DNA of 64,000 nt from an uncultured bacterium (GTDB taxonomy: Bacteria > Acidobacteriota > Thermoanaerobaculia > Multivoradales > JAHZIX01), in assembly GCA_965368975.1 (NCBI GenBank), contig CBDUPA010000019.1:32001-96000 (forward strand). The letters run 5' to 3'. A program made the translations under genes and the position numbers. The notes below the pieces were generated by a model. It was not told where the DNA came from, did no database searches, and was given only the letters and a program-made list of their open reading frames with translations. Below are positions 1 to 13,800 of the stretch, piece by piece; the first letter of the stretch is position 1; every line of letters begins with the position of its first letter.

Positions 1-1825
1 CCAGCGTCAGCACCGGCACTGTGTCCCTGGCGTCGGCAGTGTCCCCGGCCGGTGATCGGTCCGTCAGCAGCACCACCGGCGCGGCCTCGTGCAACACATC
101 GCGTCGACGTGCCGAGGGCCAGCCGGCATCGACGGGAACGAACGCGCCGCCAGTGCGCAGCACGGCTAGGATCGCCAGTGGCAGCTCCAGGCGTCGACCC
201 AGCTCCAGGGCGACGAGCCTCTCTGGCCCGGCACCCCGCTGCCTCAACACGGCCGCCAGGGCAGCGGTTCGACGCTCCAGCTCGCCGAAACTGAGGCAAC
301 GACGGCCGCGCACCACGGCCACGGCATCGGGTCGCCGTGCCGCCTGGGCCTGGAAAAGGGCAGAGACCGAGGTGAAGCCCTGAGGCACTCCAAGCTCCAC
401 CTGAGTCGACGGCCAGCCACCCCACTCGTGCAGCACCTGCTGGCGCTCGGCCGGGCTCCACCACTGCAAGCTCCACAGATCACCCTCGGGAGACGCCAGC
501 AGCTCGCTCAGGAGCCGTGGCAGCGCCGCCGCCAGGCGCTGGGCGGTGCTGGCATCGTAGAGACCGGCATCGTAGGTCAAGGCTCCCGCCAGCTCTTCGT
601 CCACTGTGCCCGGTGCCTCGACCAGCACCCAGCTGAGATCGAAGCGTGCCGCCGCAGGCCCGCTGTCGACAGGGGTCCAGCGAGTCTCGCCCGGCTGCTC
701 GCCGAGTTGCAATTGGGCACGCGGCTGATTCTGCACATTCAGCATCACCTGGAAGAGCGGCGGTCGATCCAGGTCACGCTCGGTTTCCAGCCTCTCGACC
801 AGCTGCTCGAAGGGCACGTCTTGGTGCGCGAACGCCTCCAGGCTGCGCTCCCGGGATTGTGCCAGCAGCTGCACGAAGCTCGTACCTACCGGCAGCACGC
901 CGCGCAGCACCAGGGTGTTGATGAAGAAACCGATCAAGCCTTCCAGCTCGCTGCGACCGCGGCCCGCCACGGCAGTACCGACGGTGAGATCGTGCTGATC
1001 CGCCAGGCGTGCCAGCAGCGTTTGCAAAGCAGCCAACAAGCCCATAAAGACCGTACCGCCGCGCTCGCGCACGAAGGCACGCAGCGCGGCCGTGGTGGTC
1101 GCGGGAATGGTCAACGGCACGCTGCCACCCCGACTGGTATCCCGCTTGGCACGCTGACCGCTTCGCGGCCGGTCGGTCGGTAGTTGCAATGACTGCAGGC
1201 CGGCCAGGCGCTGTTGCCAGACCGCCAGGTGCTGCTCGAGCTGTGCGCCGCCGAGGTGGCGGTCCTGCCAGGCCGCGAAGTCGGCGTACTGCACCGGCAG
1301 CGGTGCCAGGACGGCTTGACGTTCGGATGTCGCAGCCTGGTACAGCGCGCCCAGTTCGCGCACCAGGATACCCATCGACCAACCGTCGGTGACGATGTGG
1401 TGCAGCGTCAGAACCGCCACGTGGTCGTCCGTCTGCAGCCTCAGAAGACGCAGACGCAGCAGCGGTCCCACGGCCAGGTCGAAAGGACGCGCACGCTCAC
1501 GCGCCACCAGGTCGCTCACCAGGGTTTGACGCACATCGTCGGCGATTCGCGTCACGTCGACCAGGGTCGGGGCCAATGAGTCAGCCAGCGAGCCAGCTTG
1601 CTCGGTGGCGGACTGCACCACCTGCACCGGCTCTCCCTCGGCACTCTGCGTGAAGACTGTGCGCAGACTCTCGTGCCGCACCACCAGGGCCTGTAGCGCG
1701 GACGCCAGGGCCGCCAGGACCAGCGGTCCTTCCAAGCGCAGAGCGGCGGCGATGTGGTAGGCAGGCGAGCCCGGCAGCAGACGGTCGAGCAACCACAGAC
1801 GACGTTGCGCGATCGAGGCCGGCAC
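1..1825 (-). other. Module 16 (partial): LCL-type C domain plus the N-terminal part of an A domain
   Basis: [27 protein letters not shown] (~1375-1410), LSFGELER and AFVPVDAGWP. The specificity region lies outside the window. Confidence 0.85.
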
Positions 1826-4800
1826 CGGCGCCAGCAGCCTTCCCGCGCGGTCGCGAGGCAAGGGCTCGATCGCAGGCAGCGCCGCCGTGGTGTTTTGCTG
1901 CGCGGACAGCCAGCGGCTCAGGCGTGCCGGGGTCGGGTGTTCGAATAGCACCGGCAGCGGCACCTCGACGCCGAGCACGGTGCGCAGCCTGGCAACCGCC
2001 CGCATGGCCAGCAGCGAGTGACCACCGAGTTCGAAGAAATCACCGTCTGCGGCCACCGGCATTTGCAGCTCTAGCACGTGTGCCCAGGCGTCGGCGACCA
2101 GCTCCTCGAGCGGCGAGCGTTCGCCGGCTGGCATTGCTCGTTCGGAGCCTCCCTCCTCAGCCAACGACGGGCCAGCCAGCGATAGGGCCGCCAGCGCTTG
2201 CCGGTCCACCTTGCCGCTGACGTTCACCGGCAGCGCCTCCAGGACCGAGATGTGCGACGGCACCAGGTGCGCCGGCAGCTCTTCCCTCAGAGCTTCGCGC
2301 AGCGCCGAGCCCAGACCCGAGCCCAGACCCGAGTTCAGCCCACCTCCATCAGTCTGGTCGCTTTCCACCCAGGCCACTAGCTGTGCCGCCTCGCCTTGCC
2401 CGCGCAGCTGCGCCACCGCGCGCCGGGCCTGCGGCTGGCGTTCGAGAGCCGCTTCGACTTCTCCGAGTTCGACCCGGAAACCGCGCACCTTCACCTGCAT
2501 GTCGAGACGGCCGAGGAAGTCCAGGCTGCCGTCGGCACGCCAGCGCACCAGGTCTCCGGTGCGGTACTCGCGCGCGCCGTCGCCACCACGTGCGGCCGGC
2601 ACGAAGGCGGCAGCGGTCAAGGCGGGCTGTCCGCGGTAGCCACGAGTCACCTGTGGACCGCTCACCCGCAGCTCACCGGCCACGCCAACGGGTACCGAGG
2701 CCCCCGTACGGTCAACAACCTCCAGGCCGACACCATCCAGGGGATAGCCGATCGGCAACACGTCGCCGCCCCGGTAATGCCAAACACTAGCGCAGATGGT
2801 CGTCTCGGTGGGACCGTAGCCGTTGATCAACCGCCGCCCGACAGCCCAGACTGCAGCCACCGACGGCGGGCAGGCCTCGCCGGCCGTGATCACCGTGCGC
2901 AGCGCCGGCCAGCTCGCGGCTCGCGGTGCCAGCGCCGCCAGCAAGGACGGCGGCAGAATCGCTGCACTGATCTGCTGCCGCGCCAGCAAGGCCTCGAGAC
3001 CGGACGCACCACCGCTGGGCAGCAGCTGCTCGCGCGGCGCCAGTACCAGGGTCGCACCGGTGGTCAGAGTCATCGCCACCTCGGCCGCCGCGGCGTCGAA
3101 CGACAGGGCGGCGAATTGCAGCACCCGATCCGCAGGTTGCAGGTCGAAAGCGGCCCGCATCGCGACCGCCAGGCGGCCATAGCCGCGGTGCGGCACCACG
3201 ACGCCCTTGGGCCGTCCGGTCGAACCGGAGGTGTAGATCAGGTACGCGGGATTCGCCAGATCCAGTTCCACCGACGTTACTGCAGGCTCTGCAGTTCCAT
3301 CTTCGAGCCAGGCAGAGAGGGTTCGCGCGGGCGCCTCCGCCTCGACCTGGGACGCAACGCCGTGGCGGTCGGTCAGCACCAGCTCCGCTCCCGCGTCGCG
3401 CACCATCAGAGCCAGTCGGGAACCCGGATAGGCGCGGTCCAGCGGAAGGTAGGCGGCGCCCGCCTGCAGCACGCCGAACAACGCCAGCATCAGCTCCGTG
3501 GAACGTTCGAAGCACAGGCCCACCACGCTCTCTGGCCCTATTCCCTCGCGCGTCAGGCGATCCGCCAGGACGCGGCCTCGCCGCACCAGCTCACCGTAGC
3601 TCAGGTGCTGCCTGCCAGCCGCCACGGCCACCGCTTCCGGATGCCGCGCGGCAACGACCGCCACCTGCGCATGTACCGGCGGCGGGTCTACCACCTCACT
3701 GGCCAGCCTCGTCTCGGTCATCAACCGAGCCTGACCGCTCCACTCCCAGAGCAGCTGATGGTGCTCGGCGGAGCCCAGCCACGGCACACCGTGCAGAGCC
3801 GTCCCAGGCTGCTCCACCAGCCGCGCCAACCAGTGCTCGAAGCGCCGTACCAGACGCTGCGCGGAGGTGGCGTCGTAGAGGTCGGCGTTGTAGCTCAGGG
3901 CACCGTTGAGCACCGGCTCGCCGCTCTCATCCACCGTCTCGCCGAAGGTCCAGGCGAGCTCGAAACGTGCCGGCGGCACCCCGGTACCCAACCACTCCAA
4001 CTGCACCTCGTCCTCCAGCTGCAGCTGCGATCGCGGCACGTTCTGCAGCGCCAGCATGACCTGGAACAGCGGTGAGCGGCTCGGATCCCGGGCCGGCTCC
4101 AGCTCCTCCACCAGTCGCTCGAAGGGCACAGCCTGGTGAGCAAAGGCTTCCAGCGTGCGCTGCCGGGCCTGGGTCAGCATGTCAGCAAACGTCGCACCCG
4201 GTGGCAGCTCGGCGCGCAACACCAGCGTGTTGACGAAAAAGCCGATCAGGCCCTCGACTTCCTGCCGATCGCGGCCGGCCACCGGCGTGCCGACGGTGAG
4301 ATCGTCCTGATCCGCCAGCCGCGCCAGCAGCATCTGCAGAGCGGCCAGCAACGCCATGAAGAGCGTCACGCCGTGCTCTCGGCAGACCCTGTGCAGCGCC
4401 GCCAGCACCGGTGACGGGACGCTCAGCGCCTGCAGTCCACCGCGCTGCGTCGCGACGCTGGGCCGCGGCCGATCGGTCGGCAGCTGTAGCGGCCTGACCT
4501 CGGCCATCCCCGCTTGACCTAACCGTTGGCGCCAGAAGTCGAGATGCCGCTGCATGCCGTCACCGCTCAACCAGCGGTGCTGCCAGGCGGCGAAGTCCGC
4601 GTACTGCAAGGGCAGAGGCGGCAGCTCGCGCTGGGCATAGAAGTCGCTCAACTCGCGCACCAGGATGCCGGTGGACCAGCCGTCGGTGACGATGTGGTGC
4701 AGAGTCAGCACTGCCGCCAGGCTGTGCGCGGCCAGCGGCAGCAGCAGAACACGCAGCAAGGGGCCGCGGTGTAACTCGAAGGGCCGTGCCGCCTCGGTCT

Positions 4801-7800
4801 GCACCAAGGCCGCGAGCTGGGCCTCTCGGTGCGCAGGCTGCAGGCGGGTGAGATCGACGCAGCTCAGCCCGGTGCTGGCGTCTGCCGAGATCTGCTGCAC
4901 CGGATCTCCGTTGGCCTGCACCGCGAAGGTGGTGCGCAGGGTCTCGTGGCGCGCCACCACCTGGGCCAGGGCCGATAGCAGGCGACGGCGGTCGAGCGGG
5001 CCTTCGAAACGCAGGGCCACCGGCATGTTGTAGGCTGAGCTCGCGGGCTGGAGCTGGTCGAGCAGCCACAGCCGGCGCTGCGCGAACGACAGCGGCGGCG
5101 CGTCCAGCGGCACACCGCGACTGTCCCGCGCGAGGGCTTCCAGAGGCGCCGTGACGGCGGCGGGACCGAGGCCGGCCACGCGACGCGCCAGGGCTGCCGG
5201 GGTCGGGGCTTCGAAGAGCATCGCCACCGGCACCTCGACGCCGAGCAGCGTGCGCAAGCGAGCTGTGGCGCGGGTCGCCAGCAATGAGTGCCCACCGAGG
5301 TCGAAGAAGTCGGCGTCGCGCGCCACCAGTCCTGAACCCAACTCGGCACCCAGCAACTCGGCACCCAGCAATTCGGCCCAGACACCGGCGATCAGCTCCT
5401 CGGTCGGCGACACCGCCGGCTCGGCCAACGACACCACGCTCGCCGGATGCACGGCCGGCAGATCGTGCCCGGACAGCGCGCGTCGGTCGACCTTGCCGGC
5501 GACCGTGCGCGGCAGGGCTTCCAGTTCGACCAGGCGTGCCGGGCTCAAGGCTGCCGGCAGACGCTCGGCGAGGAAGGCGCGCAGCTCGTCGACGTCCACG
5601 CGGACGTCTCCCGCGGCCTCCAGCCACGCCACCAGGAAAGCTCGGTCCCCTTCGCCGCGCAGTTCGACCACCGCACGCTGGACGTCGGGATGCGCCTCCA
5701 GGGCCGCCTCGATCTCGCCCAGCTCGACGCGCAGACCGCGTACTTTGACCTGGTGATCCAGCCGGCCCAGGAACTCCAGTTCACCATCGGCGCGCCAGCG
5801 CGCCAGATCGCCGGTGCGGTAGTGACGCGCGCCGGGATCGGCCAGCGGATCGGGCTGGAACTTGGACGCGGTCAGCGCCGGCCGTCCCAGGTAGCCCCGG
5901 GCCACGCCGTGGCCCCCGATCACCAGCTCACCGGCGGCGGCCAGCGGCACTGGCTGCGCCGCGCGCCCGAGGATCTGCAAGCTGACGTGCGCCAGCGGTC
6001 GCCCGAGCACGGGTACGCTGCCGGCAACCCGGCGCACAGTGGCATCGACCGTGGCTTCGGTAGGTCCATAGACGTTGAAAGCCCGCCAGTCGCGCCGCGA
6101 CGCCAGCCAACGCCAGGGCTCGTGAGAGATCGCTTCTCCGCCCAACAACAGGAAGCGCGGTCGGGCAAACTCCGCTGGCGACAGCGAGGTGCTCGCCTGC
6201 GCCCACCAGCTGGGGGTCGCATCCACCACCTCGACGCCGGCAGCTTCGAGCCAGGCAGCCCAGACCGCCGGATCGCGGCGGGCCTCGTCGCCCGCCAGGC
6301 ACAGCGTGTGACCGTGTGCCAGCTGGATCCACTGCTTGACCGAGGCATCGAAGACCGCCGACGCGGTCATGCCGACGCGCAGCGCTCGCGGAGTCGACGA
6401 GCTCTCGGAAAACAAAATCCGTGTAGGGGCAGGCCCATGTGCCTGCCCTCCCGGGTGGAAGGTGGCATTGCCGTACACTGCCGTCCGCAGGCTATCGAGC
6501 AGCGCGCTCAGTCCCCTGTGCGGGACGACGACGCCCTTCGGCGTGCCGGTGGAGCCCGAGGTGTACAGGATGTACGCCGCCTGTCGAGGATCGATCGCCG
6601 GTACCGTCGAGGCGGTGCCAATCGCGGGCAAGGCGGTCGAGGGCACGGTGCCAGTCGCGGGCAAGTCGTCGGTGGCAGCCAAGTCGCGCAGGTCGGCCCG
6701 GGTCAGAATGGGGACACCACCCGGCACCGCCGGCTGCCAGGCTTCGGCGGACGCGGCCAGCACGACGCGCGGCGCCACCTCGTCGAGCACCTGCTGTCGA
6801 CGTGCCGCCGGCCAGGCGTCGTCGAGTGGTACGAAGGCGGCGCCGCAGCGCAGCACGGCGAGCAGGGCGAGCGGCAGCTCGGGAGCGCGCCCCAGAGCCA
6901 GCGCGACGGTCGACTCTGGACCGGCGCCCAGCCGCTGCAGGTGCTGCGCCAGCAACGCCGTGCGTCGTTCCAGCTCGCGGAAGCTCAAGTGCCAGGCGGG
7001 AGTCACATCGCCGGCACCATCTCCGGCATCGTCGCCCAGGCCGCCACGACCCGCCACCACCGCGATGCGCTCCGGCGCCAGCGCCGCCTGCGCGTGCACG
7101 AGTTGCACGATCGAGATGAAGGCTGACGGCTGGGTCGGCTTCTGAACCGACACACCGTGACCACCCCACTCCACCAACACCTGCTGCCGCTCGGCGGGCG
7201 ACCACCACTCGACCTCCCAGAGATCGCGGTTCGGCGCCGCCAGCAGAGCCGCCAGCAGGCGCGGGAAGGCCAGGGTCAGGCGTTGGATGCTGGTCGCGTC
7301 GAACAGGTCGGCATCGTAGGCAACGCTACCGGCGATGCGGGCAGCGCCACCCGTTCCCGGCGGCGTCTCCTGCAACGACCAGCTGAGGTCGAAGCGCGAG
7401 CCGCCCGGCTGCAAAGGCAGCATCTGCCAGCGCACGTCGCCCAGCTGCAGCTCCGAGCGAGGGACGTTCTGCAGGCTGAGCAGGACCTGGAACAGCGGCG
7501 TGCGGCTGAGATCGCGCTCCGGCGCGACCGCCTCGACCAGCTGCTCGAAGGGCACTTCCTGGTGGGCGAACGCCTCCAGCGTGCGCGCGCGCTGCTCGGC
7601 CAGCAGATCCTCGAAGCTCGTGCCGGGTGGCAGCTGGCCCCGCAGCACCAGCGTGTTGACGAAAAGACCGATCAGACCTTCCAGCTCACCGCGCGTGCGA
7701 CCGGCGATCGTCGTTCCCACGGTGACGTCCGGCTGCTGCGCGAAGCGTGCCAGCAGCACCTGCAAGACCGACGACAGCACCATGAACGGCGTCAGTTCCG

Positions 7801-10800
7801 CCTCGCGGCACAAGCCGTAGAGCGCTTCGCAGGTGGCCTCGTCGACCGCCAGCGGCAGGCGTCCGCCCTGGTGACCACGCACCAGTGGTCGCGGTCGATC
7901 GGTCGGCAGACGCAGCGGCTCGACACCGTCCAGCCGCTGGCGCCAGACCTCGACCATGGACTCCAGCACCTCGCCTTGCAGGCGCTGGCGCTGCCAGACG
8001 GCGAAGTCCGCGTAGGCCACGGGCGGCGCCGGCAGGCGTCGTGGATTCGCCTCTCGGATACCCTGATAGAAGGCACTGAGCTCGCGCATGAGAATGCCCA
8101 TCGACCAGCCGTCACTGACGATGTGGTGCTGGGTCAGACTGGCGGCATGTTCCTCGTCGGCGTGGATCAGCAGCAACGCGCGCAGCAGGGGACCGCGCTC
8201 CAGGTCGAAGGGTCGCCGTGCCTCGCGGCTCAGCAGACCCGCGGCCAGCGACTCTCGCTCTTCGGCCGAAATCGCGCGCAGGTCGATCACCGGCCAGGTG
8301 ACGTCCGCGCGGGCGGCGATGACCTGGACCGGCACGCCGCCCTGCTCCTGGAAGGTGGTGCGCAGGCTCTCGTGGCGCGCCAGCAGGGCCGCCAGGGCGG
8401 CACGCAGGGCGCGGCGATCGAGCGGACCTTCGAAGCGCAAGGCGGCCGGCATGTTGTAGAGGTCGGTCGCTCCCTGCAGCTGCTCGAGGAACCACAGCCG
8501 TTGCTGCGCGAACGACAGCGGCGGTGCTTCGAGCGGCACACCGGCGGCGTCGCGCGGCAGTGGTTCGATCGGCTGCGGCGCAGACAACCCCTGTTGCTGG
8601 CGCCGGGCTTCTTCCAGCCAGGCGGCCAGGGCCACCACGCGCGGCTGCTCGAAGACGGCCAGCACCGGCACTTCGAGTTCGAACAGGTCGCCGAGGCGCG
8701 AGGTGAGCTGGGTCGCCAGCAGCGAATGGCCTCCCAACTCGAAGAAATGACTGGCGGCGCCAACCTGGTCGATGGCGAGCAACTCCGCGAACAGAGCCGC
8801 CACCAGCTGCTCGGTCGGCCCCTGCACTTCACGGCCGATCAGCTCAGCGGCCATGTCCTCCTGTGACTCGGTCAGCGACTCGGTGTCCTGCACCCCGGCG
8901 TCCAGCAACAAGCCGCGCAGCGCCTGGCGATCGACCTTCTCGTTGGCGGTAAGCGGCAGCCGCTCGAGCCGCTGGTAGCGCGCGGGCAGCATGTAGGCGG
9001 GCAGCCTCTCGGCCAGGAAACCGCGCAGCTCTTGCACCTCCAGCGCCGCCGCACCCCCGGCCACCACCCAGGCGACCAGCTGCTCCCGGTACACCAGCAC
9101 GGCGGCCTCGCGCACGTCCGGGTGGGCCGTCAGCGCGGCCTCGATCTCGCCCAATTCGATCCGGAAACCTCGCACCTTGACCTGGTGATCGATACGACCC
9201 AGGAAGTCGAGCTCACCGTCGACATGCCAGCGCACCAGATCGCCCGTCCGGTATAGGCGAGAACCTGTGTCCGCCGAGGCGCCCGCATCCGGCACGAAGG
9301 CCTCTGCCGTCAGGCTGGGACGATCCAGGTAGCCGCGCGCCAGCTGACCGCCGCCGAGCACCAGCTCACCGGCGACGCCGACCGGCTGCGGCTGCAGCCG
9401 CGCATCGACAACGCGGGCGTCGACCCCCGGCAAGGGACGGCCGATCGAGGGGGGCCGCTGCTGGCCGTCCGCCGATCCCGGAGCCTCCGGACGGACGCGG
9501 CTAGCACTGGCGACCACCGTGTTCTCGGTCGGCCCGTAGTGGTTCCACAAGGCAAACGGCACGCGCGCCCGCGGCCGGCGGCGCAGCCGGTCGCCGCCGG
9601 TCAGCACGTGACGCAGAGTCGGCGCCGCGGAGCCGGCGAGCGCCGCCCAGTCGAGGTCGAGCATCAGCTCCAGAATCGGCGTCGCCAGAAAACCGCTCTC
9701 GATGCGTTCGGCGATCAGCCAGGCGGCCAGGCGATCGGCGCGCGCCCGGTCGACGGCGTCCGGCAGGCAGACGCAGGCACCGTGGGCCAGACCTGACCAC
9801 AGCTCCCACACCGTCGCGTCGAAGGCCAGACCGGCGACCGCTGACGTCCGCTTCCCCGGCCCCGGCGCGTAGGCTGCCCGGTGCCAGGTCATCAAGTGCT
9901 GCAGGGTGCCATGCTGGACCGCCACACCCTTGGGACGGCCGGTGGAGCCGGAGGTATAAATGACGTAGGCGAGCTGCTCGGGGTGGACGGCCTTGAACTG
10001 AAGAGTCTCGAGCTGAAGAGTCTCGAGCTCGGCACCCGTGGCAGCCAGCGCGTACAGGCCTTCGAGCGTCTGCACACGCACCGCCGGTGGCAGCACCTCG
10101 GACCAGGACTCGGCGTCCTCGGCATCGACCACCACCAGCGACTCCGAAGCCTGCGCACCCGGTGCGGCCTGCTGAGAATCCTGCACCTGGAAGGCCAGCC
10201 GCGCGGCCGGTGTGTCCGGATCCAGCGGCACGTAGGCTGCACCGGCCAGCAGCACGGCCTGGACGGCAACCGCCAGCTCCGGCGAGCGCTGCATCAGCAC
10301 CGCGACGCGCTGTTCTGGAGCCACCCCGAGACGGCGTAAACCGGCCGCCGCCAGCGCTGCCCGCTGCTGCAAGACCCCATAGGTCAGGGCCTCGACCGTG
10401 CCGTCGGCTCGCCGTGCCGACACCGCCACGGCATCGGCCTGGCGCGTCGCCCAGGCAGCGACCTGCTGGTGCACCGGCAGCTGAGCCGCCTCGATCGCCG
10501 GCGGCGCACCGATGGTCGTGTTCCACTCGCACAGCAAGGCGTGACGCTCCGCCGCGCCGAGCAGACCGATCGTCGCCAGCGGCAGATCCGGTGCCGCCAC
10601 CGCGGCGCACAGCAGCTCGTCCAGGTGGTGCAGCAGACGGTCGATGGTCGTGCCGTCGAACAGCGCGCTGGCATAGTTGGCACCGGCGACCAGACCGTCC
10701 GGCGTCTCACCGACCACCAGCGTGAGATCGAACTTGGCCGCGCCGGTCGACGCCGGCAGCTCTTCCAGCTGCAGCCCGGAACCAGCGGCCGCGGCGACTC

Positions 10801-13800
10801 CGGAACCCGCGCCAGGCAACACGGCCGTGCCGGCACTCTGCAACGCGAAAACCACCTGGAACAGGGGGGTGTGGGCAGTGTCGCGCTGCGCCGCCAGCGC
10901 TTCGACCAGCTTGTCGAAAGGCACGTCCTGGTGCGCGAACGCTTCCAGGACGTCGTCACTCAGCGCCCGCAACCGCTGGCGCAGGCCGTCCTCGGGGTGA
11001 CGCCGGGCAGGCAAGGCCAGCGTGTTGACGAAGAAACCGATCAGCGGTTCGAGCTGGACGTGGCTGCGGCCGGCGACCGGCGTACCGATCGTCAGACGAC
11101 GGCGGCCGGCGTGGCGGCCCAGCAGTTCCTGGACGGCGGTCAGCAGCAGCAAGAAGAGGGTGGCACCTTCTGCCTGTGCCAGCTCTCCGACGGCCGTGGC
11201 ATCGACGCGCAAGGCACGCTGACGGTCCGCCCCCACCTGCGACTGCACCGCGCCGCGCGGACGGTCGGTCGGCAGATCCAGGGCCGGCGGTACGCCTTCG
11301 TCACCGCCCAGCAGCTGGCGCCAGAACTCGATCTCGGCTTGCAGCGTCTCGCCGTGCAGCCAGGAGCGCTGCCACAAGGCATAGTCGGCGTACTGGACCG
11401 GCAATTGAGCTGGTAAGGGTGCCAGCTCGCCCTCGGCCGCGTAGAGGGTCGTCAGCTCCTGTACCAGCACCTGCAGCGACCAGCCATCCCCGGCGATGTG
11501 GTGCAGGGTCAGCAGCAGCGCGTGTTGACGCTCGTCCAGGCGCAGCAGCCGCGCCCGCAGCACCGGGCCGCGCTGCAGATCGAACGGCTGGCGGGCCTCG
11601 GCCTGCGCCAGCTCGAGCGCCTGCGCTTCGGCCTGTGGCGCCGGCACGGTGGAGAGATCGACCAGCGGCAACGAGAAGTGCCGGTCCGCCGTCGCGATCA
11701 CCTGCACCGGCTGCCGGCCCGCGCCAACTTCAACTTCGCTGAAGGTCGTGCGCAGAACCTCGTGCCGGCGCACGATCCCGGCCAAGCTGCGCGCCAGCCG
11801 CGCCGGGTCCAAGTCGCCTCGCAGACGCACCGCCTGCGGCAGGTTGTAGGCGGCGCTGCCGGGCACCAGGCGATCGAGGAACCACAGACGTTGCTGGGCG
11901 AAAGACAAGGGCAGCCACGCGGGCCGCGCTTGCCGCGTCAGCGGTGGTGCCGCCAAGGCCGGTACTGGTACACCTGGTAACGGCGGCGCTGCGTCGGACG
12001 TCCGCTCGGCCCCCGCCTCGTCGACGCGCTGCGCCAGGGCCGCGACGGTCGGTGCCTGGAAGATGGCCCGCACCGGTAGCTCGACCTCGGCCCGTTCCCG
12101 GATGCGCGCCACCAACTGCGTCGCCAGCAGCGAGTGCCCCCCGAGCTCGAAGAAATTCTCGGTCGTGCCGACCTTCTCGATCCCCAACAACTCGGTCCAC
12201 AGCGCGGCCAGGAGCAGTTCCGTCGCCGTCGTCGGCGGCACGAACTCCTTGCGCTGGATCTGGCCGCGCGCCTCCTCGACCGAGGGTAAGGCGTCGCGGT
12301 TGACCTTGCCGTTGAGCGTCAGCGGCAGGCGGCGCAGGTGGACGAAAAGCTGCGGCACCGTGTCGCCGAGCAAGCGCTCGCCCAAGAACGCGTTGAGCTC
12401 GGCCGGCTCGACCGCCTTGCGGGCGGCATAGTACGCGACCAGCAGATCGTTGCCCTGTGCATCGTGGCGCAGCAGCACCGCGCTGCTCTTGACCTGCGGA
12501 TGCTCGTCGAGGGCACTCTGGATGCCTTCGAGCTCGACGCGGTAGCCGTGGAACTTGACCTGCGCGTCACGGCGGCCCAGGAACTCGATCCCGCCGCCGG
12601 GCAACCAGCGCGCCAGGTCGCCACTGAGGTACATCCGCTCGCCTCCCCCGGCGAAAGAGCCAGCCCTCTCGGCGGCGTCGGCCGCCTCAGACGATCCTGC
12701 GAGGAAGGGACAAGGCAAGAAACGCTCGGCGGTCAGGGCCGGCCGGCCGACGTAACCGCGAGCCAGGCCGCGGCCGGCGATGAACAGCTCGCCGGTGACG
12801 TTGTCAGCGACCGGCCTCAGGTCGCCGTCGGCACCGGCAGCGAGCAGGTAGATCCGGGTGTTGCCTGCCGGCAGGCCGATCGGCACCGTTGCGCGCAGAT
12901 CGCGCTCGGGGTCGAAGCGGTGGATCATGCAGCCGACGGTCGCCTCCGTGGGTCCGTATTCGTTGACCACCTCCAGGTCCTGGCGCCGGCCGGCGGCTTG
13001 CTGCAGGATGCCGCGCGCCAGCTCGGTGCTCAGCGCTTCGCCCCCCAGCACCAGGCGACGTAGACCGGCCCGCGCCAGGTCTCCTTCCTGCAGCAGGGCC
13101 AGGTGACTGGGGGTCAGCTTGAGCAGATCAGCGCGCCCATCGGCCAACACGTCGAGCACCACGGGCTCGTCTCCGCGCTGGCGATAGACGTGCACCGGTC
13201 GCCCCGCCAGCAGCGCTGGATAGAGGGCGGTCACCGTCAGGTCGAAGGACAGCGACGAGTAGAGCGCCGAGGTCAACTGCTGGCCGTCGAGATACGAGCG
13301 CTGGGCCCAGGCCACGTAGTTGGTCAGTGCACCGTGGTGCACTTCGACGCCCTTGGGTTTGCCGGTGGAACCCGAGGTGTAGATGATGTAGGCGCTGTCG
13401 AGCGACGACGGCAGACGCTGCCCCTGGACGCTCTGGTCGCCCTGGCCGCCCGCGTCGGCGCCAGCGCGTACTCGCTGCCACAGATCGCGGTCGTCGAGAT
13501 CGAGCAGCGGCGGCAAGTCCTCGGCCTCCAGGCGGGCCGCGAGCGTGCCGCGAGTGACCAGCAGCACGACGCCGGCGTCGGCCAGCATGTAGGCGGTCAG
13601 CCTCGGCGGATGTCCGGGATCGAGCGGTACGTAGGCGGCCGCCGCTTCGAGCACGGCCAGCAGGGCGATCACCGTCCGCGGCGAGTGGTCGAGATAGAGG
13701 CCGACCCGAGCGCCCGGTCCGACGCCCCGGGTGCGCAGCTTGGCGGCCAGGCCGCGCACCTGCCCCGCAACGGAACGCAGCGTCACGTGGCGACGGCCGG

